Shown: positions 1-9,468, numbered from the stretch's first letter. The stretch is 64,000 nt of DNA from Candidatus Micrarchaeota archaeon (GCA_964581105.1 CAZOMB010000003.1:4421-68420), one strand, 5' to 3'. Translations and numbers: made by a program. Notes: generated from the sequence alone by a model not told the origin.

Positions 1-321
1 TTCCTCTGGGTTCTTTCATTTTTCTTTTATTCTTTGCCAAGCTTTATCCTGCCAGCAGGCTTATCCCTGATAATATTCCTGTTCTTTGGCACCTGCATGA
101 CTTCATTTGCAACAGCATATGCAGAGCACAGGCATATTGCCAATTCCCAGAAAATAAGCCATCAGCCAGGAATCCTCCCCAGAGCAGAAAGATTGCTCCT
201 TTTGTTCGCAGCACTTCTTTTCATCCCATTCTATTCTGCTTCAGCCTCATTCATACTGCTTGCAGGGGCAGTGCTAGCATTCATAACCTTTTCCCAGAGG
301 TTCTTTTACTTTGCAAAATAA
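1..321 (+). CDS. CDP-alcohol phosphatidyltransferase family protein, C-terminal part (5' truncated by window)
   Basis: Frame open from base 1; hydrophobic helices with SFATAYAE...GILPRAERLLLL...TFSQRF, resembling the family C-terminus. Confidence 0.65.
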   Translation, partial: FLWVLSFFFYSLPSFILPAGLSLIIFLFFGTCMTSFATAYAEHRHIANSQKISHQPGILPRAERLLLLFAALLFIPFYSASASFILLAGAVLAFITFSQRFFYFAK

Positions 322-324
322 GCA

Positions 325-1572
325 CTATTTCCTGAATTTCTCCAAATAGACCCCTACAAGTATCATTGCCCTTGCAAAAAAGTCCCCATCTGCAACCATG
401 GAGTTTACTAAAGAGTCAGAAGAATCAGAATGCTGGTTATCATTAGAGCTGCTGCTTGAAGGGGCTCTGTCATATATATCGTCAGTCACTTCTCCTGCTA
501 CTGGTGCCTTGTCATCCTTTTCATCTGAGCCTGCTTTCCCATAATTTACTTTGCACTTGTATGCACATCCCTGCTCATCATACCATATTGCTCTGTCATA
601 ATTATTGCCACAGTCAATTTCCATAGGAAGGATTGCACATGTCCTATTCTTTGAACTATTCTTGGGTGGCTCTCCAACAAAGCTATATCCACAGCCCCCT
701 TTTACACACCAATGCCCTTTGAGAGTATATTTCTCTATGCACTCCAGGTTCCAATAATTGTCCTCACACAGCCAATAGTCAAGGCACCTGACAGCAAAAT
801 TGAAATTGGAAGCATAGTGGGTGGCAAGCGGTCCTTCTGCAACAGGTGTTGGAAGGCCCTGCACATATTCATAGTAGAAAACCAAGTTTCCGTATGATGA
901 TTTCTTAACAGAGTTGACAGATGGTGGAGAATACGGATTGTTGCTCCAACCTCGGTTGCAAGTTCCAAGGGGAACCTTTAATTGCAAGTCTATTTCAATG
1001 CCTGCTGGAATGATTATATTGCATCCTCGAACCAAGTTGTCTTCAGGGTCACATCCATAAGGATTGACCTCTGGGTGGCCAAAAGCGCCTGTCTGCCTGT
1101 TTCCATACCAGATGTCTTCGGTCATTCCGTTTGCTGATATGCCCTTAATCCTAATCCCTTTTGAGCCTTGGTTTTTTACCCTAAAAAGCAAGGTGTCTGT
1201 GTAAAAGTCGTCATATAAGCGAGAAACTCCGCATACTGTGTCAGTTATGATAATTGGCTGTAGGACTTGGCTTGTAGCTGAGTCAGAATCTGTCTGTTCT
1301 ATTGCTGGAGGGGAAACTACTGCATCTTTTTCTCTACCCTCTTGGATTTCATCCTTTATAGTTTCTGTTGTTGGGCACTTGAGCAGGGCAGCTATAATCA
1401 CCTTGTTTTCATATGAGGCTTTGGCAACCCTGCAGCCTTGGGATTTAAGAAAAGAGATATCTGAAGGATTGGTGGCTATTGTTTCAAACGCCTCTACAGA
1501 ACTTCCGCTTGCAAATAGGGTATTTGTGATAATCAGGATAAATAGGCTGAAAGTAACAAACAATGTTTTCAT
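325..1572 (-). CDS. Secreted Cys-rich mosaic surface protein (propeptide-like region + pilin-like domain + tail shared with the neighbouring subtilase)
   Basis: N-terminal signal peptide; middle aligns by eye with 1633-2343 and 2415-3209; last ~100 aa nearly identical to the end of 3815-6151. Confidence 0.75.
   Translation of the reverse strand: MKTLFVTFSLFILIITNTLFASGSSVEAFETIATNPSDISFLKSQGCRVAKASYENKVIIAALLKCPTTETIKDEIQEGREKDAVVSPPAIEQTDSDSATSQVLQPIIITDTVCGVSRLYDDFYTDTLLFRVKNQGSKGIRIKGISANGMTEDIWYGNRQTGAFGHPEVNPYGCDPEDNLVRGCNIIIPAGIEIDLQLKVPLGTCNRGWSNNPYSPPSVNSVKKSSYGNLVFYYEYVQGLPTPVAEGPLATHYASNFNFAVRCLDYWLCEDNYWNLECIEKYTLKGHWCVKGGCGYSFVGEPPKNSSKNRTCAILPMEIDCGNNYDRAIWYDEQGCAYKCKVNYGKAGSDEKDDKAPVAGEVTDDIYDRAPSSSSSNDNQHSDSSDSLVNSMVADGDFFARAMILVGVYLEKFRK
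333..612. repeat. ~280-bp near-identical direct repeat, copy 1 (copy 2 at 3826-4105)
   Basis: Direct comparison at offset 3493 shows only a few substitutions. Confidence 0.95.
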
Positions 1573-1632
1573 AATGCCACCGTTTGTGTTTTAGTTGGTT
1601 TGCTTTTAAAAGCAGTAACAACTCCGGGTTTT

Positions 1633-2343
1633 TTAGCATGCAGCCATGCACATTCCAGGGCTATTTGTGCTGCAGCTGCCGCGAGGGCATGAGTACATTT
1701 CCATGCAGTCATTGCTTGTTGTGCATCTGAAGTCATAATCAAGGCAGCCTAAAGTAATCTTGATATCATCTTGTGCAGCAACCACGCCAGATGAGGTATA
1801 ATGTATCTTAACATTTGCCCTGGCATATTCACGAAGGCCATTGAAATATACTTCATGGTTTCCATTGGTTTCTTTCATGCCACAGACATCTGCTGGCTCC
1901 CCTCCCCAGTTGCCACTCCATCCATCATATGCATCATATTGTATGTAAATCACATCACCAGCTTCTAGGGGAATATTGCATTTGAGCTGGTAAACGTTAA
2001 AGCAAATTCCGCCAATTACGCGCTGGAATGGATCATCGGAATCTACAAAATTCCCGTAATAAAGATTGAAAACGTTTCTCCCATCAACAGTCACGCCGTT
2101 CAGGTATATCTGATGATTATGCTGGTTTTCCAGCCTAAGTATATGCTTGTCAGCAAACCCATATGCCTCAGTGACTGCAACCATCCCATTTCCAGTATCT
2201 TCGGATTCTTGTGCTTTGTCAGCTATAGGTTCACCATCTAATGCCTTTTCAAAACCAATTGCCTTGTCAGCAAAGCCTACTCCAAAGAGGGTAAAAGCTA
2301 GAAGCACGACTGCAACAAAAACTTTTCTTGACATATATATCAC
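1633..2343 (-). CDS. Secreted pilin-like domain protein with Sec-type signal peptide
   Basis: Signal peptide ...LFGVGFA; mature domain paralogous to 2415-3209 (EAYGFAD.HILRL.NQ ... DYDFRCTTSNDC ... CSTN.PGMCMAAC). Confidence 0.8.
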   Translation of the reverse strand: MIYMSRKVFVAVVLLAFTLFGVGFADKAIGFEKALDGEPIADKAQESEDTGNGMVAVTEAYGFADKHILRLENQHNHQIYLNGVTVDGRNVFNLYYGNFVDSDDPFQRVIGGICFNVYQLKCNIPLEAGDVIYIQYDAYDGWSGNWGGEPADVCGMKETNGNHEVYFNGLREYARANVKIHYTSSGVVAAQDDIKITLGCLDYDFRCTTSNDCMEMYSCPRGSCSTNSPGMCMAAC

Positions 2344-2414
2344 GTTTTTGTTTTATGAGCCAATCAATATTTAAATCAACACTATTGCAAAAAAGCGTCA
2401 AAAAAGGCATTTAG

Positions 2415-3209
2415 TTAGCATGCAGCCATGCACATTCCAGGTGTATTTGTGCTGCAGCTCCCAAGGACACACTCATGGTACTTGTTCTTGCAGTCATTGC
2501 TTGTTGTGCATCTGAAGTCATAATCAAAACAGTCCAAAAGCAGAGCAACATCACTTCCCTGCGCAGAAGCAACTCCGTATGAAGTATAATATATCTTCAA
2601 CTTTGCCTCAGCATGTTCACGGAGTGAGTTAAAGTAGACCTCTTCATTTCCACTGGCATTTCTCATGCCGCAAGCATCTTTTGGCTCCCCAGTCCAATTA
2701 CCAGCCCATCCATCGTATGCATTGTACTGTATGTAGATCTCTTCACCAGGGTCTATCGGAATGCTGCAGTTAAGCTCATAAACTGCAAAACAGCTTTCTG
2801 GCCCTATGCGTTGGAATGGGTCACCTATATCCAGCCATCCGCCGTAATAAAGATAGAACACATTCCTGTCGTCAATTTTTATTCCATTCAAATATATCCG
2901 GTTGTCCTGCTGATTTTTCAATCTAAGTATGTGCGTATCAGCAAACCCATATGCCTCTTTTACAGCAAGAGGCTTTGCAGTCTGCCACTGAAGCTGGCTT
3001 TGTGTTTTCTTTATGTCATCAGATGTGCCTGGGTAGTAAAGCATAAGCCCAACCACAACAAGGCCGATTACTAGCACTGCACCCAGCAAAATAAGGTATT
3101 CTGAGCCCGCCTGCCCCGACACACCTTTTCCTGTGCGGCTGGAAAAAATTGCCGCACATCCAACTTCTCTTGAGTGCCGAGGGCTGGCGCAAGCCTGCCC
3201 TAATTTCAT
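2415..3209 (-). CDS. Archaeal type IV pilin-like protein (class III signal peptide)
   Basis: SG|QAGSEYLILLGAVLVIGLVVVGLM: prepilin cleavage site with +5 Glu and a hydrophobic helix. Confidence 0.85.
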   Translation of the reverse strand: MKLGQACASPRHSREVGCAAIFSSRTGKGVSGQAGSEYLILLGAVLVIGLVVVGLMLYYPGTSDDIKKTQSQLQWQTAKPLAVKEAYGFADTHILRLKNQQDNRIYLNGIKIDDRNVFYLYYGGWLDIGDPFQRIGPESCFAVYELNCSIPIDPGEEIYIQYNAYDGWAGNWTGEPKDACGMRNASGNEEVYFNSLREHAEAKLKIYYTSYGVASAQGSDVALLLDCFDYDFRCTTSNDCKNKYHECVLGSCSTNTPGMCMAAC

Positions 3210-3260
3210 GGTGTTATTTGCCCTCTTTCAAATAAAAACCTTGCCAATCACTTTAGGGGC

Positions 3261-3818
3261 ATGCACTGTAGATGTCTTAGAGCGCAAGGAGCAACAGAGT
3301 ACTTGGTCATACTTGCAGTTGTCCTCATGATTGGCCTGCTTGCAATATCGCTTCTTGGCTTTTTCCCAGGAACCTCTGGGGACATTTCTGAAAGCGAATC
3401 AGAGCTTTACTGGAAAACCCTTGCATCTCCTTTCAGGATAACAGAGCGACAGTCATTTGGTCCGGCTACAGAATGTGTACTTCCAAACACATGGACAGCT
3501 GGTTACAAGTTTGTCCTCATTAATTCAGGCTATGACAAAATAAGCCTCATTGGCGTGAATATAAATGGGGTGGCAAAGGATTTTTGCAAGCCAGGGGATA
3601 TGACATCGCAAACATCAATTGATTTTTCCCCTGGGAAGCAAAGGGCAGTTGCTGTAGTTACTGATTCAATCCCAACATTCCCTCCGCCTGCAACTCCCCT
3701 AACTGTATGCACGCCAGGCCAAACAGTTGAACTGGACATTTCATTCAATTACAGCACAAGCTATGTTGACGACAAACTGCAAACAGGGTCAAAAAAGCTT
3801 GTTTTCAAATGCAGCTAA
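3261..3818 (+). CDS. Archaeal type IV pilin-like protein (class III signal peptide)
   Basis: RA|QGATEYLVILAVVLMIGLLAISLLGFFPG; divergent from the previous pilin. Confidence 0.85.
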   Translation: MHCRCLRAQGATEYLVILAVVLMIGLLAISLLGFFPGTSGDISESESELYWKTLASPFRITERQSFGPATECVLPNTWTAGYKFVLINSGYDKISLIGVNINGVAKDFCKPGDMTSQTSIDFSPGKQRAVAVVTDSIPTFPPPATPLTVCTPGQTVELDISFNYSTSYVDDKLQTGSKKLVFKCS

Positions 3819-6151
3819 GGCTTTTTGAATTTCTCCAAATAGACCCCTACAAGTATCATTGCCCTTGCAAAAAAGTCCCCATCTGCAACCATGGAGTTTA
3901 CTAAAGAGTCAGAAGAATCAGAATGCTGGTTATCATTAGAGCTGCTGCTTGAAGGGGCTCTGTCATATATATCGTCAGTCACTTCTCCTGCTACTGGTGC
4001 CTTGTCATCCTTTTCATCTGAGCCTGCTTTCCCATAATTCACTTTGCACTTGTACGGGCATCCCTGCTCATCATACCATATTGCTCTGTCATAATTATTG
4101 CCACAATCAACTTCTGTTGGCAGGATTGGGCAGGTGTCGTCTTGGTTTAGATTTTGGTTTGCAACACAATTGACCGAAGCAAATGCCTCATTGTTTTCTT
4201 CATTAAGCTCAACAACCTCATCATAATAGTCTGCATAGGCTGAAATAATTGTGTTTCCAGCCTGTGTGCAGGTTATGCTGACAACTGTAGAGTTAAACAG
4301 CCCCCAAGTCAGCTGCGGGATATTGATAATGCCTTCAAGCCCTGCATTCACAAAATATGCTGTGCTTAAGCTTCCCCAGTATGGGTGCGTTGTTTGCTGG
4401 TTTGCAGTGGTTATTGTGACTTGTGCCGGAACCCCAACTATCATCTGGGAAGGTGCCTGTATTTCTGCAATAATGTCTGGCAAGTTTGGGTTTGTGCACC
4501 TTCCCTGTATACAGAGTTCCTTGCCAGGCTCTGTGCAGGCAATCAGGGTCTGAACAACTCCTCTTCCGCTGCACGAATATTCAATAACAGCATTGTCTCC
4601 ACTGCAAATATCCTGCTTCAAGTTCCACTCGCCATTGTACATTCCACTTGTGTTTCCCCTTTCATTTGGCTTTATTCCACCGTCACTATCACTACATATG
4701 CACTCTGCATGTGACTGGCACTCATCAGCGCCAGGCCCTGCAACCAATACACATGCAGCTGCAATGGTCTGTGCATCTGTGCCAGTGCACTTAGTATGGT
4801 GTTGCAATGCGCTTGAACTGTAAACAGCGTCATAGGCATTTACCCTTCCCCAGCCGTAAGCATAATCAAAGCCATTTGCCCCCTTGTCAACAGCAGTGTT
4901 CCTCAGTGCCTTTTTCACTTCTTTGACAGTGTAATCAGGGTGCTCCTTTTTTATGAGAGCAATTGTGCCTGCAACAACAGGGGCAGAAACGCTTGTGCCA
5001 GATACTCCAGATATATAGCCCCATGTTGGAGAAAGAGCAGTTGATTTCATGTGCGTGCCAGGGGCAACAATGTCAATTGCATTTCCCCTCGGAGAAAATG
5101 AAGCAATCAAGTCAGTTATCTTGTCAACAGCGCCAACAGCAATAGAATGGCTAATGCAGCCGGGTGCAACTGTGCTGGCTGCCTGGCCATTTCCAGCAGC
5201 AGAAACAAATGGCACACCTTTTTGGTTGGCATACTTTATTGCTGCAGTTGCCTCTTGGTTCAAATGGTTGCAGTAAGGCTCAGGGTTATTCAAATTGCCC
5301 CATACAACGCTGGCTGTGATTACATCAACATCAGGGTCATCAGAAGTGCCATAAACATGGTCAGGCCCGTCAATTGCCCAGTAAATTGCCTCAATAAAAC
5401 CACTCATGTGCGAGCTCCACACTTTCAGTGCATATATCCCTGCGCTTGGTGCAACTCCCCTTACGTCAGAATATTTGGAAGCAACCTGCAAATACGGGTT
5501 TTCATGCTGAAGCAACCCATCAGCAACCATAACACCAGCAACAACAGTCCCATGCCCATGCTCATCCATTGGGTCAGGGTCATTGTTTGCAAAGTCATAG
5601 CCGCCTAGATAGCTGCCCCTTAGCTCAGGGTGCGTATAATCCATCCCAGTGTCAATCATTGCAATTTTTGTCCCTCTCCCTGTATTTCCCTGGCTGTGCA
5701 CAAGGTTTGCGCCTATCAATGCATTTGCGCCAGTATCAGCAAGCAAAAGAGGCTTGTCTTCCCTTAGGTTGTGCCTATAAGCAACATCTTCAGGGCAGTT
5801 CATGACCGCAAATTTCCTCTGATAATTGCTAAACACATTCTTGATTATCTCACAGCCCTCATTTTCTGCAGCATCAATTATTGGAAAGCCAGAAGCAATT
5901 ACCCTCACAGTCCCATGCTGCTGAGCAACAGGGGCTGAGACTGCATCTTTTCCATTTTCATTAATATCCTTTGCCACTGCAACAGAACCAATTTGAGGCA
6001 TATCATCTACTGCAGCACCTGCTTCAGCTGCAACAGAACCAACTGCAGCATCACCTACTGCAGCATTTGCATCATCCTCACTGCTTTCTGCAGCTGCAAA
6101 AACAGAAAAAGCAAGAAGCAAAACAACTAGTTTGCTAAGCATATTTACCAC
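3815..6151 (-). CDS. Secreted S8 subtilisin-like serine protease with Cys-rich and CARDB-like C-terminal domains
   Basis: Signal peptide; catalytic motifs IDTG, HGHGT, AAGN, GTSVSAP; CARDB-like PDIIA...ADYYDEVVELNEENN. Confidence 0.92.
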   Translation of the reverse strand: MVNMLSKLVVLLLAFSVFAAAESSEDDANAAVGDAAVGSVAAEAGAAVDDMPQIGSVAVAKDINENGKDAVSAPVAQQHGTVRVIASGFPIIDAAENEGCEIIKNVFSNYQRKFAVMNCPEDVAYRHNLREDKPLLLADTGANALIGANLVHSQGNTGRGTKIAMIDTGMDYTHPELRGSYLGGYDFANNDPDPMDEHGHGTVVAGVMVADGLLQHENPYLQVASKYSDVRGVAPSAGIYALKVWSSHMSGFIEAIYWAIDGPDHVYGTSDDPDVDVITASVVWGNLNNPEPYCNHLNQEATAAIKYANQKGVPFVSAAGNGQAASTVAPGCISHSIAVGAVDKITDLIASFSPRGNAIDIVAPGTHMKSTALSPTWGYISGVSGTSVSAPVVAGTIALIKKEHPDYTVKEVKKALRNTAVDKGANGFDYAYGWGRVNAYDAVYSSSALQHHTKCTGTDAQTIAAACVLVAGPGADECQSHAECICSDSDGGIKPNERGNTSGMYNGEWNLKQDICSGDNAVIEYSCSGRGVVQTLIACTEPGKELCIQGRCTNPNLPDIIAEIQAPSQMIVGVPAQVTITTANQQTTHPYWGSLSTAYFVNAGLEGIINIPQLTWGLFNSTVVSITCTQAGNTIISAYADYYDEVVELNEENNEAFASVNCVANQNLNQDDTCPILPTEVDCGNNYDRAIWYDEQGCPYKCKVNYGKAGSDEKDDKAPVAGEVTDDIYDRAPSSSSSNDNQHSDSSDSLVNSMVADGDFFARAMILVGVYLEKFKKP
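3826..4105. repeat. ~280-bp direct repeat, copy 2
   Basis: Matches 333-612. Confidence 0.95.
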
Positions 6152-6260
6152 GATTTTATTTGGAAGCCAACCCCTATTTAATACAGATGCCGAAAAACCC
6201 GAGGAATGGCTAATTGCCCTTCAAAACAAAAACCTGCTGGAAAATTAGAAGTAATTGTAG

Positions 6261-6731
6261 CTAGTTGCCCTTTTCCCCTGTGGCTCTTTTTGCTTTTTTC
6301 TTTTGCGTTATGTCTAATTCCTCATCTTTCTCCTTCAAATATCTTTTTTGAATGTCAATTTGCGTCATTGCACGTGCACGCTCGGCCGGCTCAAAGAAGG
6401 CACTGTCTTGCTGTGCTGCGAGTTGTTGATTAATCCAACTAAACAACTGTTTCAACTGGTCGTCGTTAACTCTATAATTTACTAGGTCTGTTCTAAGCCT
6501 CTCCATGTCAGAATCGTCTTGCGTGTTGTATGTATTAGTTACCGCTGTTCCAGTTTTTTTGTCGGTTGCAGTTACTCTTAATGTATTGTCGGGTAATGAT
6601 CTAAAGTTAATTTTGTGAGTTGGTGTGTTTATTTCTTGTTTATCTTGTTTTGGGTGAAGCTGTTTTCCAACGTTAAAAGTAGTTTCCTTCTTGCCTTGCG
6701 GGTCTAGTTGAGTTTCCTGGAAAATAAACAT
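6261..6731 (-). CDS. Hypothetical protein (likely start MFIFQ at 6731)
   Basis: ATG lies 1 nt after the upstream stop; no recognised motifs. Confidence 0.6.
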   Translation of the reverse strand: MFIFQETQLDPQGKKETTFNVGKQLHPKQDKQEINTPTHKINFRSLPDNTLRVTATDKKTGTAVTNTYNTQDDSDMERLRTDLVNYRVNDDQLKQLFSWINQQLAAQQDSAFFEPAERARAMTQIDIQKRYLKEKDEELDITQKKKAKRATGEKGN

Positions 6732-6732
6732 A

Positions 6733-7719
6733 CTAATCCCCTGAGCTTCTTTCCCCCTCTGGTTTTTCAATAGAGTATCCGTCACCATTTAAGTCTAGCC
6801 AAAGGCTATAACCGCCCCACCCGTTTGGTTCTATGATTATATTTGTTCCTTCCCGACGTAGTTTATAGTCTTTTATGTTTGGTATATTTTCCCCAAGCCT
6901 TGGGTTAAAGCTGCTTGTATAATAACTTGTTTTATTGCTGGGCGATATGACCATGTAGGCAGATTCAGATAAGAAAACCGCGCCATCGTCGCCTACGTAG
7001 TATTTTCCTTCATCACTGTATACAGTTCCACTAGCTATTTTCATCTCTCCCCACTGCCAGTCTTGTGGTGATTTTACAAATGGCCTGATGATATGAATAG
7101 TGTTGCCATCAAATGCATAGATGACCTTTTTTCCATCATACGTTGTATTGATTTTCTTGGCGTTTGCAAGGCGTTTGAACACTCCTTCGCTGTCTTCAAG
7201 AATAGCCATCCTTTTCCCGTCCCTAACGGTTACCACACCATCCTCAGTCCATGTTATTTTCGCTTTGCTCTCATCAATGTGTTTTCCAATCTGATTCAGT
7301 GGCACATTATAAATAATCTCATCGCTTTTCGGTGCAACAGTGTCAGGCTCAAGCCTGCTTGTGTAGCTGACAGGCTTGACATCTGCTTTTGTGCTGTCCC
7401 CAAAGAATGATTTTATGGTCATTTTGCCTGGGCCAAAAGACTTGTCCTTTTCCAGGAGTTTGCCTTTTATGTCTAATGAAAGCTTGTCGGCTTTATTGTC
7501 AAACATTAGTTCGCTGTCGCCTTTTCCTGTTTTTGAGATGAATGCATAGGCATTTGCAACTGCCTGCTTGAGTGAGTAAAAGCTAATGGTCAGAATAGTA
7601 GTGGTAATTATCAAGGGTTTTGCAAATGCCCCGAAAAAGCTCCTTCTTGGGTCTTGCTTGCTCTTGCTAGCTGCTTGCTTTGCCTTTTCCACTTCCTTTT
7701 TTGCGGTGTTCTCTTTCAT
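6733..7719 (-). CDS. Membrane-anchored or secreted hypothetical protein
   Basis: Basic N-terminus with RRSFF, then a hydrophobic segment and a beta-rich body. Confidence 0.7.
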   Translation of the reverse strand: MKENTAKKEVEKAKQAASKSKQDPRRSFFGAFAKPLIITTTILTISFYSLKQAVANAYAFISKTGKGDSELMFDNKADKLSLDIKGKLLEKDKSFGPGKMTIKSFFGDSTKADVKPVSYTSRLEPDTVAPKSDEIIYNVPLNQIGKHIDESKAKITWTEDGVVTVRDGKRMAILEDSEGVFKRLANAKKINTTYDGKKVIYAFDGNTIHIIRPFVKSPQDWQWGEMKIASGTVYSDEGKYYVGDDGAVFLSESAYMVISPSNKTSYYTSSFNPRLGENIPNIKDYKLRREGTNIIIEPNGWGGYSLWLDLNGDGYSIEKPEGERSSGD

Positions 7720-7796
7720 GGAACTACCCTGTTGCCTCTGGTGGTCACAAGATGCAACGTGTATCTGGCAGGTTTCCCATTTTTTTCCTTGGGTTG

Positions 7797-7849
7797 CCTG
7801 TTGCCTCTGGTGGTAGTATTAGTCAAAGCCGGCTTTTAATGGTTTCTCC
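7797..7849 (-). promoter_or_regulatory. Duplicated promoter/leader (BRE-TATA-like GAGAAACCATTAAAA), copy A
   Basis: 52/53 identical to 9477-9529; leader motif occurs again at 7725-7745. Confidence 0.7.
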
Positions 7850-8365
7850 TCACCTCATTTTTCTCAGGTTTGAAAGCATTTTCTTTTTCCATTTTTTGAA
7901 TTTTACAAACCCTATGCCAAGATAAGAAAGGTCCTGGTCATTAAAGCCGGATACAACACCCTCAAGCTCCTTTGCATAGTTTTTGATGCCATGCTCTTCA
8001 AGGAGGGCTTGGTACCTTTTCCAGTCTATTGGCGCAAAGAGAAGAAGGCTCATGATGTCAAGAGAGTCCTTTTTGCCCTTTGGGGTCGCCCTTCTGTCTA
8101 TTTCAGCAGACTGCTTCAGCACAAGAAGAGCCTCGGGCCTTATGGTTTTTATTCCCTCTATTGAGGCAATATTCTCATCCCTGAGAAGCTCTTCGCAGGG
8201 AATGGCAAGCCTTGAGTAATGGGAAACATAAATGTCAATGTCAAACTTCTCAAGCCTTATCTCATACTTTCTCATTCTCTCGTTTTTTGAAATGGAAAAA
8301 TTGCTTTTCAGGCTTGCAAGCCCATTGTAGTCAACAACAATGTCAATGTCCTTGGGATTTTTGCT
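7850..8365 (-). pseudogene. 5'-truncated or frameshifted nucleotidyltransferase-family gene
   Basis: KDIDIVVD, DIDIY, LLVLK...KGKKD motifs present, but no N-terminal hGG motif and no credible own start. Confidence 0.6.
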
Positions 8366-8633
8366 GCTCTTCAAGAAGCTTTTGCAGTTCAAGTTTAAAT
8401 TGTTCATAAAGTCCGTAAGGTTCAAGCAGTCTTTCCGCATTTTCCATAGTTGGGTTTTCAGAAAACTCGTTTATGATGTTTTTTACATCTCCTCCCATTT
8501 TTATTATTTTCTCTTTATTTACATCAAGAACCTTGGTAAAAGTCGCCTCCAAAGTCTTCAGATCCTGCTTTTCACCAGGACCTCCTTCAACTTTTTTGTC
8601 GATTTCTACTAGTGCACCATTAAACAAAAACAT
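8343..8633 (-). CDS. Hypothetical protein
   Basis: 96-aa ORF starting MFLFN, 4 nt after the upstream stop. Confidence 0.55.
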   Translation of the reverse strand: MFLFNGALVEIDKKVEGGPGEKQDLKTLEATFTKVLDVNKEKIIKMGGDVKNIINEFSENPTMENAERLLEPYGLYEQFKLELQKLLEEQQKSQGH

Positions 8634-8637
8634 AAAC

Positions 8638-9468
8638 TCACTTTTCAGCTATTTCCACGCCTTGGTTTATGCCAAATCTAACTACCTTACCATTCTCACC
8701 GTGATTAATCTTGACCTCACCTGTTGAGTTCGATACTCTAAACCAAGTTATATCTCCGTCTTTTTCAAATTTGGGGTCTTTGAGAGTTTCAACTCCAAAG
8801 TGCTCAGTAAGAGGTATGGTTCCATATTCTTTTCCATCTCTGTAGATAATGCATTTTGTGCCAGCTATCAATAAAGTGCCAAAGTTGTCGTTCGTATAGG
8901 CAAGGGGTTTGTAAAGCCCTCCTTCAACAGGGACAAATGCATTTACCTCTACAACTTCACCTTTTCCTTCCTCTACCGGTTCTTTTATTAGCAGGAAACT
9001 CTCCCAGTTTTCGCTGAGGAAATAATGGAGAACCCCTTCTTCTGGGGATTTTGTTACAACCTCTATTTCAGTTCCGTCAAACTCTTTTATTCCAAGGACA
9101 GCCATCTGGTCTTCAGGCACAGTCACTGCTTCATATCCACGCATCAAGAACTGGCTTGTTCCCTTGAGGAGCTTTGTGCTTCTTGGCTCCTTATCAACAA
9201 CCTCTTTTGGGTCGTCGGTTTTTCCTGTTATTGTTTGGCTGGTTGAAGGCTTTGCAACGAGAGTTGTGATAATTGCTACAGCAGTAAATGCGATTTTCGG
9301 GTGCTTTAAGACCCAGCCCAATGTCTTGAGACCGACTTTTGTCTTTTCTACTGCCTTTTTTGCTTTTTCCCTGATAAATGTGCGGATTTTGTTCTGCTTT
9401 GAAGTGCCAGAAGTAAGGTCAGAAGTACGCTTTTGCTTTGCTTTGTGCGCCTTGTTGCCGTTTGCCAT
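8638..9468 (-). CDS. Membrane-anchored hypothetical protein
   Basis: Lys-rich N-terminus, one TM (IAFTAVAIITTLVA), beta-rich body. Confidence 0.7.
   Translation of the reverse strand: MANGNKAHKAKQKRTSDLTSGTSKQNKIRTFIREKAKKAVEKTKVGLKTLGWVLKHPKIAFTAVAIITTLVAKPSTSQTITGKTDDPKEVVDKEPRSTKLLKGTSQFLMRGYEAVTVPEDQMAVLGIKEFDGTEIEVVTKSPEEGVLHYFLSENWESFLLIKEPVEEGKGEVVEVNAFVPVEGGLYKPLAYTNDNFGTLLIAGTKCIIYRDGKEYGTIPLTEHFGVETLKDPKFEKDGDITWFRVSNSTGEVKINHGENGKVVRFGINQGVEIAEK

Noticed and set aside
2385..2410. GCAAAAAAGCGTCAAAAAAAGG as a free copy of the intron module
   Set aside because: Too short and A-rich; equally explained as a minus-strand T-tract terminator
1633..2527. Diversity-generating retroelement VR/TR pair (similar 3' ends at 1633-1745 and 2415-2527; also the 280-bp repeat)
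   Set aside because: Both copies are coding, differences are not adenine-specific and include an indel, and there is no reverse transcriptase in the window
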